Source: an uncultured bacterium (GTDB taxonomy: Bacteria; Babelota; Babeliae; Babelales; Vermiphilaceae). Taken from it: a stretch of DNA of 64,000 bases. The stretch spans positions 1,216,001-1,280,000 of the forward strand of contig OY969699.1 in the NCBI GenBank assembly GCA_963702025.1, given 5' to 3'. Below, piece after piece: positions 48,237 to 57,410 of the stretch. The first letter of the stretch is position 1, and every line of letters begins with the position of its first letter. Below the pieces are notes generated by a model that was given only the letters and a program-made list of their open reading frames with translations, had not been told where the DNA came from and did no database searches. Made by a program: the position numbers and the translations under genes.

Positions 48237-48938
48237 CTACTGTTGCCAAAATAGTACCGTGCCATAAATATATTCATACTGCTGGGCAATAGTATAGTGC
48301 CAACCATCGGTAGCATTGCCATCACCATCAGCAATACGCGCACGCAAATAGTTAAGATAGTCTTTTATTATGTCAGTTTTTTTCGTCGAACATAATAAGC
48401 GAACAACTGCCAAATCAGCCTCTTTTTCTTGTTCTCTAATGTAGGGCTTTAGTGCATAAGTGAGCAATCCGTAAGAAAACAAAGAAGTAGCAGCAAGAGA
48501 GCCAATAGATGAATCAAGCACATTTTTGCTCAGATAATAGATTGTACAAACTGCCGGTATCAACGTGGCGCAAAGCCCAAGAGCTTTGGCATGATGATGA
48601 AGCGCAACGTGAGCCGCTTCGTGATACAAAAGCCAATAACGGATCGTTTCATTTTCTTGTTCGAGCAGTTCCTCATTCAACCAAATGCCAAACAGCGTAA
48701 AAGAATAGAGCTGCGCCCCAATAAGTTTTTGCGCCATCGAGTTCATCTTTTTTATAGAGACTTTTTCAAAATCCGTATAGCCAAATTCTTGCAATGCTTG
48801 TTGTATAATTTTTTGATACTGCTCGCGCGCATTTTGAGTACCAAATAGTGGCGCATAAATGGCAGATCCGGCATTAAGATTGAGGGCTAAACATGGTAAT
48901 GTCAAAAAAAAAGAAAGTGTGAACAAATGTACTTTCAT
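48237..48938 (-). CDS. M48-like zinc metalloprotease
   Basis: HEAAH and EKEAD motifs flanking TM segments. Confidence 0.75.
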   Translation of the reverse strand: MKVHLFTLSFFLTLPCLALNLNAGSAIYAPLFGTQNAREQYQKIIQQALQEFGYTDFEKVSIKKMNSMAQKLIGAQLYSFTLFGIWLNEELLEQENETIRYWLLYHEAAHVALHHHAKALGLCATLIPAVCTIYYLSKNVLDSSIGSLAATSLFSYGLLTYALKPYIREQEKEADLAVVRLLCSTKKTDIIKDYLNYLRARIADGDGNATDGWHYTIAQQYEYIYGTVLFWQQ

Positions 48939-48960
48939 AAAAAAACCTTTATATACTGTT

Positions 48961-49713
48961 TTATATCTCATGTTCCTTACCAATGCAAAGCAAGATTTTC
49001 GCTCTCAGCTCTTCGGGTAAATTCTTCCATTCTTCTTTTTTTGTATGCTTGGCAACAACTTTTGATGCAAGATCAACTAAAGGCAGAGGAGGCTTAAACA
49101 ATTTTTTAAAATCTGATTCAATATCTTGGGGCAAAAGATACTCTTCATCAACGAGCCAATAACTTACCTGAGCATCCTGCATGTTGTGAATACAAGGACG
49201 AGATAAATCAAAAAGCATAGTTAATTCTTCTTTGTGTGTCCCATAAATATAGGTATTGGATGAAAAATGACGCACCGGCAAATGAGATAACATACGATGC
49301 AATAAATCTTTTTGGGTTATTTTTACCCTCTGATCGAGATCAATTTTTTTATTGAGAACCCGTTGCAACAATTCTTCTACCGCCTTACGAGCTTCCGGTG
49401 TTTTTCTTTGTGCAACCTCTAACACTAATCGCATAAAAAGTTTGGCAGTGCATGAAAAAAAAGAATATGAACTGTCATCGAGCGATTCTGTCTCATTAAA
49501 AGGGCAAAGCAATTTATACGTGTAACAAATTGGCTTCCCATTAGACTGAACAGCCACCCACTCAGGAACTATGCATGATGCTTCTAAATACCCAAATTTA
49601 TCGGGACAACATACATATTTTTTATACTCAAATTGTAGTGCATTTTTATAATTTTGGTCCATGCCAATAACGGAAGTGGTTGCCAAAAGAAAGAAGAAAT
49701 AGCTGATCTTCAT
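48961..49713 (-). CDS. Secreted paralog 3 with C-terminal BC/SOCS-box-like motif
   Basis: CCPDKFG, ITQKDL.HR, PCIH, PLVDLASKVVAKH...LPEEL. Confidence 0.7.
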   Translation of the reverse strand: MKISYFFFLLATTSVIGMDQNYKNALQFEYKKYVCCPDKFGYLEASCIVPEWVAVQSNGKPICYTYKLLCPFNETESLDDSSYSFFSCTAKLFMRLVLEVAQRKTPEARKAVEELLQRVLNKKIDLDQRVKITQKDLLHRMLSHLPVRHFSSNTYIYGTHKEELTMLFDLSRPCIHNMQDAQVSYWLVDEEYLLPQDIESDFKKLFKPPLPLVDLASKVVAKHTKKEEWKNLPEELRAKILLCIGKEHEI

Positions 49714-50456
49714 ATTTGTTTAGGCCCCTTCAGTTGTAAATTTTTTAATCGTTCTTTAAGTTCTTGCGGCAAAAATTCACATTCATCTTCAGTTTTGTGT
49801 GAGGCAACGCACTTCAAAGTTAAATCCACCAGCGAGGGAACTTGTTTAAAGAGTTTTTTATAATTAAGTTCAGTTTCTTCTTTAACAAAGCTTAATTTCT
49901 CCGCATAAGCAAGCAGATATTCGATTTTGAATTTTTTGATGGCATGAATACAAGGCTCCGCGCAAAAAAAACATATAAACCCGTGGCTAGAACAATAGGT
50001 AAACTTGCGACCGCTCTCAAATTCTTTACCGGAAATATTAAGATGCGAAATGAGCCGATAAACTAAATCTTTGTGCGTTATCCACGCTTCATCTTGGTCA
50101 AGAATAATTTTTTTAGCAGCAACTTTATCCATTATTTCTTTAAATGATTTGCCCGCTTGAGGGGTTTTTATACGAGCAACTTCAGAAACTAGAAGCTTAA
50201 TATCGGTAGATTTACATGAAACAGTATATGATTCGTCATTAAAATCAGCTGAGTCAAACCCGCACATATATGTCTTAATAGGCGGTTTATTGAGAAATAT
50301 AAAATCGTAATTCTGAACTTCTAAATAACCAAATTCATTAGGACAACAGGTGTATTTTCTGATTATTTGCAGCTCTAGCAATGATTGTTGCCTTTCCATA
50401 CCTGCAAGAAAAATGGGTAGAACAAGAGATACAATAATGCTGAATCTACCATACAT
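49710..50456 (-). CDS. Secreted paralog 2 with C-terminal BC/SOCS-box-like motif
   Basis: CCPNEFG, ITHKDL.YR, PCIH, PSLVDLTLKCVASH...LPQEL. Confidence 0.7.
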   Translation of the reverse strand: MYGRFSIIVSLVLPIFLAGMERQQSLLELQIIRKYTCCPNEFGYLEVQNYDFIFLNKPPIKTYMCGFDSADFNDESYTVSCKSTDIKLLVSEVARIKTPQAGKSFKEIMDKVAAKKIILDQDEAWITHKDLVYRLISHLNISGKEFESGRKFTYCSSHGFICFFCAEPCIHAIKKFKIEYLLAYAEKLSFVKEETELNYKKLFKQVPSLVDLTLKCVASHKTEDECEFLPQELKERLKNLQLKGPKQI

Positions 50457-50459
50457 ATA

Positions 50460-51161
50460 TTAATCCTGGTGCAAGAATTCTTTTAATCTCTCTGTAAGTT
50501 CTTCTGGCAAAATTTTCATTGCCGCCTCCTTTTTATGCTTTGCAACAACGGGTAATGCAAGATCAACTAGCGAAGGAATCTGACTATTGAGCAGCTTATT
50601 GAAACCTTTTGTAATATTCGAGGTATCCATAATGTTTTGTCTCCAGTAGTAGTCATAAAAACAATCAAATTCTACCGTTCTTGTTGCGTGGATACACGGC
50701 TTAAAACTTACCAATACTCTGTTTCCATTTATAGAAAGACAATAATAACCTCGATTCCCAAGATTTTGCCAATTCCATTCAATAGTAGGAAGAAGCCTAT
50801 GCACGAGATCCTTATGGGTGATTTTTGTATCCGGAAGAGTAAGATTAATCTTTTTTTGATGAATTTTACCGAGCACTTTTTGCACTCTTTCTTGGGTTGC
50901 TGTATCTGTTTCATGGGCATTATGCATAATCATGTGCATAAGTAGAGTTGGATCAACTGAGACACAATAGTTTATATCATCACAGTTTGTTGTTTCTGTG
51001 GCCGAACAAAGATATGAGGGCAAATAACTATATTCTGCTAATGGTATTAAGCTTCCAAATTTATCACCACAGCAAAGCCATTTTTTATGCTCGAATTTTG
51101 TTTCATCCATGCATGCAAGGGAAGCAAACACAAAAAGAAGTAAGCAGCTTCTCAAATACAT
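50460..51161 (-). CDS. Secreted paralog 1 with C-terminal BC/SOCS-box-like motif
   Basis: CCGDKFG, ITHKDL.HR, PCIH, PSLVDLALPVVAKH...LPEEL. Confidence 0.7.
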   Translation of the reverse strand: MYLRSCLLLFVFASLACMDETKFEHKKWLCCGDKFGSLIPLAEYSYLPSYLCSATETTNCDDINYCVSVDPTLLMHMIMHNAHETDTATQERVQKVLGKIHQKKINLTLPDTKITHKDLVHRLLPTIEWNWQNLGNRGYYCLSINGNRVLVSFKPCIHATRTVEFDCFYDYYWRQNIMDTSNITKGFNKLLNSQIPSLVDLALPVVAKHKKEAAMKILPEELTERLKEFLHQD

Positions 51162-51165
51162 GCCA

Positions 51166-52611
51166 CTAATACCCTTTTGGGTGCATTGTATGCCAAGAAT
51201 TTTGCTGTTCATACGCATACGCTATTTTAAACATTAGCTCTTCACCCAAATGCGGTGCGATAATTTGAAAACCGATCGGCAAGCCGGATTTAGAAAATCC
51301 ACCCGGAATAGATACTGCCGCATTGCCTGCTAAGTTTGCCGAGCAGGTAAAATAATCTTGCAGATCCATTTGCAATTTATCAACATCAAAAGCGCCAAAT
51401 TTAAAGGCCGGCGTTGGTGAGGTTGGCATCAAAAGCACCGTAACATCTTTAAAAGTATCCACAAATGCTTGGCGCATAACTGCTTGCACTTGCTTTGCCT
51501 TTTTATAATAGGCATCCGCATGGCCGGCAGAAAGCACATAGTTACCGATCATGATACGGCTTTTCACTTCAGCGCCAAAACCATCATGGCGCGTATTGGC
51601 ATACATTTTTTCAAGTGTTTTTGCGTCTTTGGCGCGCAAGCCATAGCGCACGCCATCGAAGCGGCCCAAATTTGATGCCGCTTCGGCACGGCTCACAATA
51701 AAATAAACAGCCGTGGCATAATCAAGCACCGGAATTTTTATTTTTTTAATCGTGGCGCCTAATTTTTCATAGACTTGTATTGCCTGCTCAATGGCCGCGA
51801 TTACTTCAGGATCCATGCCCTCAGCATACAATGCATTTTCAACGATACCGATGGTGCAATTTGGGGGGAGTTTACCATCCAATGTTTTGGTGTAATTTTT
51901 TTTCTCCACGGTCAAACTGGAAGAATCTTTAGGATCATGACCGGCGATAGCAGATAATACTAGCGCATTATCGTACACGGTTCGGGTACAAATACCAATT
52001 TGATCAAGTGAAGAACCATAGGCAACCAGCCCGTAACGGGATACCAGACCATAGGTTGGCTTGCTGCCAACAATATTGCAAAATGCAGCCGGCTGGCGCA
52101 CCGAACCACCCGTTTCTGAACCGAGCGCCCATGGTACCAAGCCCGCGGCAACCGCCGCAGCCGAACCACCACTCGAACCACCGGGTACGCGTGAGTGGTC
52201 CCATGGATTTTTTGTCTTTTGATATGCTGAAGTTTCAGTTGAACTTCCCATGGCAAATTCATCACAATTAGCGCGCCCGATCAACAGAGCGCCCTGCTCT
52301 TTGAGCCGCAGGGTGGCAGTGGCATCGAAGGTTGATTCAAAACCCTCTAAAATTTTAGAGGAACAAGAAACTTTGCGATCCTTTTGGCAAATATTATCTT
52401 TCAAAAGTCCGGGGATTCCTGCAAGCGCGCCATCGGTTTTGCTCACCGCAACTACCGAGTCTTTCTCAAAGATCTCAAGCGCCGAACCCAAATCGGGATC
52501 ATATTTTTTAAAACGTGCAACAGAATGCTCGAGCAGCTCTTGAGCGGTAATTTCATTAGTATCTAGTTTCGTGCGCAATTCTTTGATTGACGCAAAGGAT
52601 AAATTGTTCAT
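51166..52611 (-). CDS. gatA: Asp/Glu-tRNA amidotransferase subunit A
   Basis: KDNI, DEFAMGSS, PGGSSGGS, GSETGGSVRQPA, DGVRYG. Confidence 0.97.
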   Translation of the reverse strand: MNNLSFASIKELRTKLDTNEITAQELLEHSVARFKKYDPDLGSALEIFEKDSVVAVSKTDGALAGIPGLLKDNICQKDRKVSCSSKILEGFESTFDATATLRLKEQGALLIGRANCDEFAMGSSTETSAYQKTKNPWDHSRVPGGSSGGSAAAVAAGLVPWALGSETGGSVRQPAAFCNIVGSKPTYGLVSRYGLVAYGSSLDQIGICTRTVYDNALVLSAIAGHDPKDSSSLTVEKKNYTKTLDGKLPPNCTIGIVENALYAEGMDPEVIAAIEQAIQVYEKLGATIKKIKIPVLDYATAVYFIVSRAEAASNLGRFDGVRYGLRAKDAKTLEKMYANTRHDGFGAEVKSRIMIGNYVLSAGHADAYYKKAKQVQAVMRQAFVDTFKDVTVLLMPTSPTPAFKFGAFDVDKLQMDLQDYFTCSANLAGNAAVSIPGGFSKSGLPIGFQIIAPHLGEELMFKIAYAYEQQNSWHTMHPKGY

Positions 52612-52636
52612 ATAAGCCTATAATAATTTCCAGTAT

Positions 52637-52721
52637 CGCGCTCGAATGGTTCGACAAGCTCACCACGAGCGGGTTACTTTTCTAGTCCGCTCATCCTGAG
52701 CTTGTCGAAGGAAATGAGCGA
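52637..52721. repeat. Inverted REP-like pair in the gatC-gatA spacer
   Basis: GGTTCGACAAGCTCACCACGAGCGG ... CCGCTCATCCTGAGCTTGTCGAAGG. Confidence 0.85.
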
Positions 52722-52741
52722 TTTTACATTGCTTTAATATT

Positions 52742-53026
52742 CTATTCATGTTCCAAAATTGCCGGTACCACAAAATAATCTTCTTCAATATCGGGTGCTT
52801 CTTGTTTAATGCGGGCATCATCATAGGGAATCACCACATCTTCACGAAACACATTCACATTCTGGGGAAGCGGCGGTTGAGCGCCAGTAGCCACCTCATT
52901 AACCCGAGCAGCATAAGCGAGCACCGATTCTAAATGCTTCATGAGCGGTTCAATTTCATCCTCATGAATGGTTATGCGCGACATGTGCGCAATTTTGAGT
53001 ACTTCTTCTTTGGTAATAATAGCCAT
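52742..53026 (-). CDS. gatC: Asp/Glu-tRNA amidotransferase subunit C
   Basis: ITKEEVLKIAHMSRI, NVFRED, YFVVPAIL; upstream of gatA. Confidence 0.93.
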   Translation of the reverse strand: MAIITKEEVLKIAHMSRITIHEDEIEPLMKHLESVLAYAARVNEVATGAQPPLPQNVNVFREDVVIPYDDARIKQEAPDIEEDYFVVPAILEHE

Positions 53027-53036
53027 ATTTTTTCCC

Positions 53037-54437
53037 CTACAATTCTTGTTGTTGCCACTTTGATCCGCGCAACCGCCTGATATACACAATACTCATCAAT
53101 CCATTGCCTATATAAAACGAACCATAAATTAATAAAAATTTCAGTCCAAGATCACGCATCGGGAGCTCTGCTATAAAGAATGAAACCGGCACAAAATAGC
53201 CAATACACACTGCCAAACGGGTCCACATAACCACTTTAACATCGCCAACACCCCGAAGCGCGCCGGATAATATCAATTGTATCAGATCGAAGAAAACCAG
53301 TACACTCAAAATAGGAAAAATACGCGTAGTAAGATCGGTAAAATCCCCACTTTTATCAAAAATCCTCATGAGTGTTTGGGGATATAATGAAAAGAGCGCC
53401 AGGATGGAAAATACCATTATCGATGCCAAAAATACCACCTTTTTTATGTTACTTTTTATCCCTGCCCAATTATGAATACCATGATCATTACTCACCAAAA
53501 AGGTGATAATCTGGGCAAGCGCGATTGCGGGTAAAAAGGCAAACCGCTCTAAATCTTTGATAGCGCAAAAGCTGGCCGTGGAACAGGTGCCCATGGTATT
53601 TATCATTTTATTGAGCCAGATATAGGCAAATGCGAGCGTAGCTTTATCAATAGCAACCGGCCAAATTATAAAAAAAAGCTCTTTTACATACGAAAGTTTG
53701 GTAATGCCAGAAAAAAGGTCAATGCTAAAATGCCGGTATTCTTTATTACAGAGCACAAAACAGGCAGCGGCAATACTCATGCATATGCTTTGTATCACTG
53801 AGGCCCAGGCGGATCCATTAAAACCAATCTCGCCAAATCCAAAGTGGCCGAATAATAAACTATAGTCAAAAAAAACAAATACAAGCGCACCAATAAGAAA
53901 GACATACATGGGAATCCGCGTATTCTTAATAGCGCGTAAAAACCCGATAAATGCTAAATAAACAAAGGTAAAGAAAATACCGATCGCGCGCAATCGCCAA
54001 AAGGGTATGCCCAGCGCCACAATTTCCGGGCTCGCATTGAGCCACACCAATGTATTTTCTGCCCTAAAATATAATATCAAAGCAAAAATGAACCCAAAGA
54101 AAATGGTGATCCAAAACGTATCTTTAAATATCTTTCCCGCCTTTTTAAAGTCCTGCAAACCATTATAATTACCCACGAGAATCACTGCGCCAATAGAAAA
54201 TGCCTCAGCAATTTTAAACAGCATATGAAGCGTGTTATTAATAGTTCCCTGGGCCGCGTAGGCAGGAGTTGATTTTAAAAAACTAATAAAATAGGAATCG
54301 ATCCAAAATGGTAATGCAAAGATTACAAACGAAGTAATAAATTCCGGCAAAAAATAACGGATAATACGCCAGTAACTCACTCCATGATGCGTATCAACAA
54401 TACCGGCAAAATAACTTGCCAAGAGCCCTTGTTTCAT
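53037..54437 (-). CDS. MATE family transporter
   Basis: About 12 TM segments, LRAIKNTRIPM, GALRGVGD, G..GSAWAS. Confidence 0.85.
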   Translation of the reverse strand: MKQGLLASYFAGIVDTHHGVSYWRIIRYFLPEFITSFVIFALPFWIDSYFISFLKSTPAYAAQGTINNTLHMLFKIAEAFSIGAVILVGNYNGLQDFKKAGKIFKDTFWITIFFGFIFALILYFRAENTLVWLNASPEIVALGIPFWRLRAIGIFFTFVYLAFIGFLRAIKNTRIPMYVFLIGALVFVFFDYSLLFGHFGFGEIGFNGSAWASVIQSICMSIAAACFVLCNKEYRHFSIDLFSGITKLSYVKELFFIIWPVAIDKATLAFAYIWLNKMINTMGTCSTASFCAIKDLERFAFLPAIALAQIITFLVSNDHGIHNWAGIKSNIKKVVFLASIMVFSILALFSLYPQTLMRIFDKSGDFTDLTTRIFPILSVLVFFDLIQLILSGALRGVGDVKVVMWTRLAVCIGYFVPVSFFIAELPMRDLGLKFLLIYGSFYIGNGLMSIVYIRRLRGSKWQQQEL

Positions 54438-54517
54438 AATATCCCTCTTTCTCTTTCAATGTTGAGACCTGCGATAAAAATCCCCATCTCTGTCGCCAGG
54501 TATAAACCAACAAATTT

Positions 54518-55159
54518 TTAATGTCGAGCAAAAAAAATTAATCTTCTTTTTTTGCTCTTAACCATATAGTCAACTTCGCGCTCAAAAAATGGCTCCTCCT
54601 GTTTGGTTATCTGCCATTCAGCCGAGGCCCAATAGACCAGTTGCCGATTATTATAGGGGCAACTTGGCTTAAACATGCGCATCAATTCATCAGTGTGCAA
54701 TGAGGCGCGGGAAACAAAAAGTTCAACCGGCTCATAAGTTTTGCGCAAAAAAGTTCGCCAATCCATATCCCACACTTGGCTATTTTCCAATTTAAGTTCC
54801 TCAAAGACCATGTTCAAAAATGCAATTTTTTTCTTGTTAACCTCAATAAGAATCAAGCTAAGATGCGGAAACAGAATTTTAAGCGGAATACCCGGAAAAC
54901 CTGCCCCGCTTCCCACATCGGCAATCAGAGAAAGTTTGTTAAAATCAATGAAATTACTTATCACCAATGAATCCTGAAAATGGTAGGCAATAATACCTGC
55001 CGGATCCTTGATGGCGGTTAAATTAAACAGTTCACTATGTTCTTGAACCAGGGCCAGATAGCGCGCAAATTGATCAATTTGCGTTGCATTAAGACTATAT
55101 TTTTTTACCAATTGATCCCAAACTGCCAGCTGCATAAACTCAAAAGGCATTGTATTCAC
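54518..55159 (-). CDS. rsmG: 16S rRNA m7G527 methyltransferase
   Basis: FNLTAI, HFQDS, DVGSGAGFPGIPL, VSRA. Confidence 0.93.
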   Translation of the reverse strand: MNTMPFEFMQLAVWDQLVKKYSLNATQIDQFARYLALVQEHSELFNLTAIKDPAGIIAYHFQDSLVISNFIDFNKLSLIADVGSGAGFPGIPLKILFPHLSLILIEVNKKKIAFLNMVFEELKLENSQVWDMDWRTFLRKTYEPVELFVSRASLHTDELMRMFKPSCPYNNRQLVYWASAEWQITKQEEPFFEREVDYMVKSKKRRLIFFARH

Positions 55160-55238
55160 GGGAAAACTCCAAAACCATAGATTTTATTTTTTCATTTTTG
55201 TTAGGGTGTTAATGGTATCTAACTATTAAGAGAGAATT

Positions 55239-55946
55239 ATGAGAATATATAGTATCGCGTCATTTCTCCTTATTTTAGCACTTATTTTCAATAATCTCCA
55301 TGCGGATCAGCTCATAACGATCTACCTCAAACCATACCCCGTAGTTTCTCAAGCAGAAGCATCTAAAAAAATTGGCAACAAACTCCATCGCCCGGGTAAA
55401 ATAGCTTCAAACAGATCAAAACACAGCTTTCGGCCACCCGTATCTGGTATGTTTGCCACCTATGGCGGATTTTTAACCATATCAGATTTTGATGGAGAAA
55501 TAGCATTTCCGCGCAAAACAACACGCCCTTTTTTATATCTGATAATAACCGAACGCATGACCCCGATTGTAATGTCGGGCAATACATTGGCCTACTGGGA
55601 ACGTAATGAGGATGCGCCAGTTGCCTATTATGCAATGGAACAAAAATTTGATCCGGATTCAAGAGCCTTTTATTGGGATGTTACGCAAGAACCGATACCA
55701 GCCGATACAAAAATACCACTTGAATCCATGGTTATTTTTGCCGACCCAAAATATGTCTATGTACCCCTTGGCGTAAGCATTACAAGGCAAAGCCCACACT
55801 TATTGCTCCCGGATATTTATATTAAAAACGGCATCAATTTGACCGCAAATGCATTATATATAACAAACCTTGCCCATTATTTTGGTGGCATATTACCGCT
55901 CTTTAAAAAAGAAAAACTCGGCTTTCAAAGACATTTGACATATTAA
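55239..55946 (+). CDS. Secreted hypothetical protein
   Basis: Long ORF with signal peptide LHA. Confidence 0.7.
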   Translation: MRIYSIASFLLILALIFNNLHADQLITIYLKPYPVVSQAEASKKIGNKLHRPGKIASNRSKHSFRPPVSGMFATYGGFLTISDFDGEIAFPRKTTRPFLYLIITERMTPIVMSGNTLAYWERNEDAPVAYYAMEQKFDPDSRAFYWDVTQEPIPADTKIPLESMVIFADPKYVYVPLGVSITRQSPHLLLPDIYIKNGINLTANALYITNLAHYFGGILPLFKKEKLGFQRHLTY

Positions 55947-56055
55947 CAAAAGAAATTAAATATAATTAGTACACGCAAGCAAAACCATAGCAACGCTGTG
56001 CTAAAATTTCCAAATATCGGGACCTTGTTGTATATCGTAAAAGGAAAAAAAGAAG

Positions 56056-56679
56056 ATGAAACTTCAAATATCATTTGATGTCACTGATCTGGATAACGCT
56101 ATCGATCTTGCCAAACTAGTAGCAGATCACTGCGATATTCTGGAAATAGGCACACTTTTGATTTATAAAAATGGCGTTGCGGCTGTTGAGCGTTTTCGAG
56201 AAACATTTCCTAAAAAAACACTTCTTGCTGATACCAAAATTATTGACCGTGGCAAAGAAGCGGTAGCCACCATGGCGAGTGCCGGCGCAGACTGGATTAC
56301 CGTAATGGCAGGAACCGGCAAAGAAGTTATTCATTCGGCATCCACCATGGCCCACCAACGCAATGTAAAAGTAATGCTCGATTTGGTTGATTCGGGGTCA
56401 CCGGGCCAATCGGCTCTCGATGCTAAAAATTTGGGCGCTGATGCATTATTGTTTCATCAAGCATATGATGAAAAAGATGCGCTTATTTTGCTTGATAAAT
56501 GGGAAATGGTTCGCGGTAACACCCCGCTGCCTATTTTTGTTTCGGCAAAAATTACTCGAACCACTATTTTGAATATTCTCAATATCAAACCGGACGGCAT
56601 AGTGGTTGGCAAAAGCATCACCGATGCGGATGATCCGGCGCAAGAAGCTGCTTTCTATTATCAATTGAGTAATGAATAA
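56056..56679 (+). CDS. Hexulose-6-phosphate synthase/OMP-decarboxylase-fold protein
   Basis: MKLQISFD, EIGT, ADTKIIDRG, GADWITV. Confidence 0.85.
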   Translation: MKLQISFDVTDLDNAIDLAKLVADHCDILEIGTLLIYKNGVAAVERFRETFPKKTLLADTKIIDRGKEAVATMASAGADWITVMAGTGKEVIHSASTMAHQRNVKVMLDLVDSGSPGQSALDAKNLGADALLFHQAYDEKDALILLDKWEMVRGNTPLPIFVSAKITRTTILNILNIKPDGIVVGKSITDADDPAQEAAFYYQLSNE

Positions 56680-56758
56680 AATATTTTTTTGACAATTGCT
56701 CTTTTTTAATACTAATATGTCAGCAGTTATCTATTATTCAATTCCAAAAAGGAGCTTT

Positions 56759-57358
56759 ATGAAATTACACGCAACATTTACCTTAGCACTCTTACTCTCA
56801 ATAGCACCTCAGTTTGGCTATGCGGTAAAAAGTGATCTTGACTACTGCCAGTCGGAAGAATATAGCTACCGGCTTTCGCTCGATGGTCTTAAATTAACCT
56901 CTGATGATAATCAAGCATTCGTGGTGTTACTCTCCAATAAAATTTTGATCCCCGATAACTGGAATGGTAAATTCGGACTAAAAGATCGCATTACCAAAGA
57001 GGTTATTAAAAATCGTTTTAATGCCCACGTTGCTCACGATTCACTCAACCTCGATGTAGAAGTTCCGGCAGGACAACTTTCCATCATTTCTAATGATGAA
57101 GCGCTTGAAGTTCTTTACTATGTGGCACAAGATTTGATCGAAAGAAAATCGGCCGGCGATGTTCTTAAAGATGCAGGCAAAGTATACGTCACCGAAAAAA
57201 TAGTTGCCGCTGCACTTTGGCTTCTTTCCAATAGCAATGTGGAAGCATTGTTACCGGATGCAATAACCAGAGATCGCGTGTATCAATTCTTACGCACTGA
57301 AATTGCACGATACGGCGCTGAAAATTTTATCGCGCGAATAAATAATAGCGTTAAGTAA
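56759..57358 (+). CDS. Secreted hypothetical protein
   Basis: AAGGAG RBS; signal peptide GYA. Confidence 0.7.
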   Translation: MKLHATFTLALLLSIAPQFGYAVKSDLDYCQSEEYSYRLSLDGLKLTSDDNQAFVVLLSNKILIPDNWNGKFGLKDRITKEVIKNRFNAHVAHDSLNLDVEVPAGQLSIISNDEALEVLYYVAQDLIERKSAGDVLKDAGKVYVTEKIVAAALWLLSNSNVEALLPDAITRDRVYQFLRTEIARYGAENFIARINNSVK

Positions 57359-57375
57359 TCTACAGATTTTTTACC

Positions 57376-57410
57376 AGAGAGAGACAGTTTCATCTGTCTC
57401 TCTCTTTTTT
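57376..57410 (+). terminator. Rho-independent terminator between convergent genes
   Basis: AGAGAGAGACAG-TTTCAT-CTGTCTCTCTCT followed by a T-run. Confidence 0.85.
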
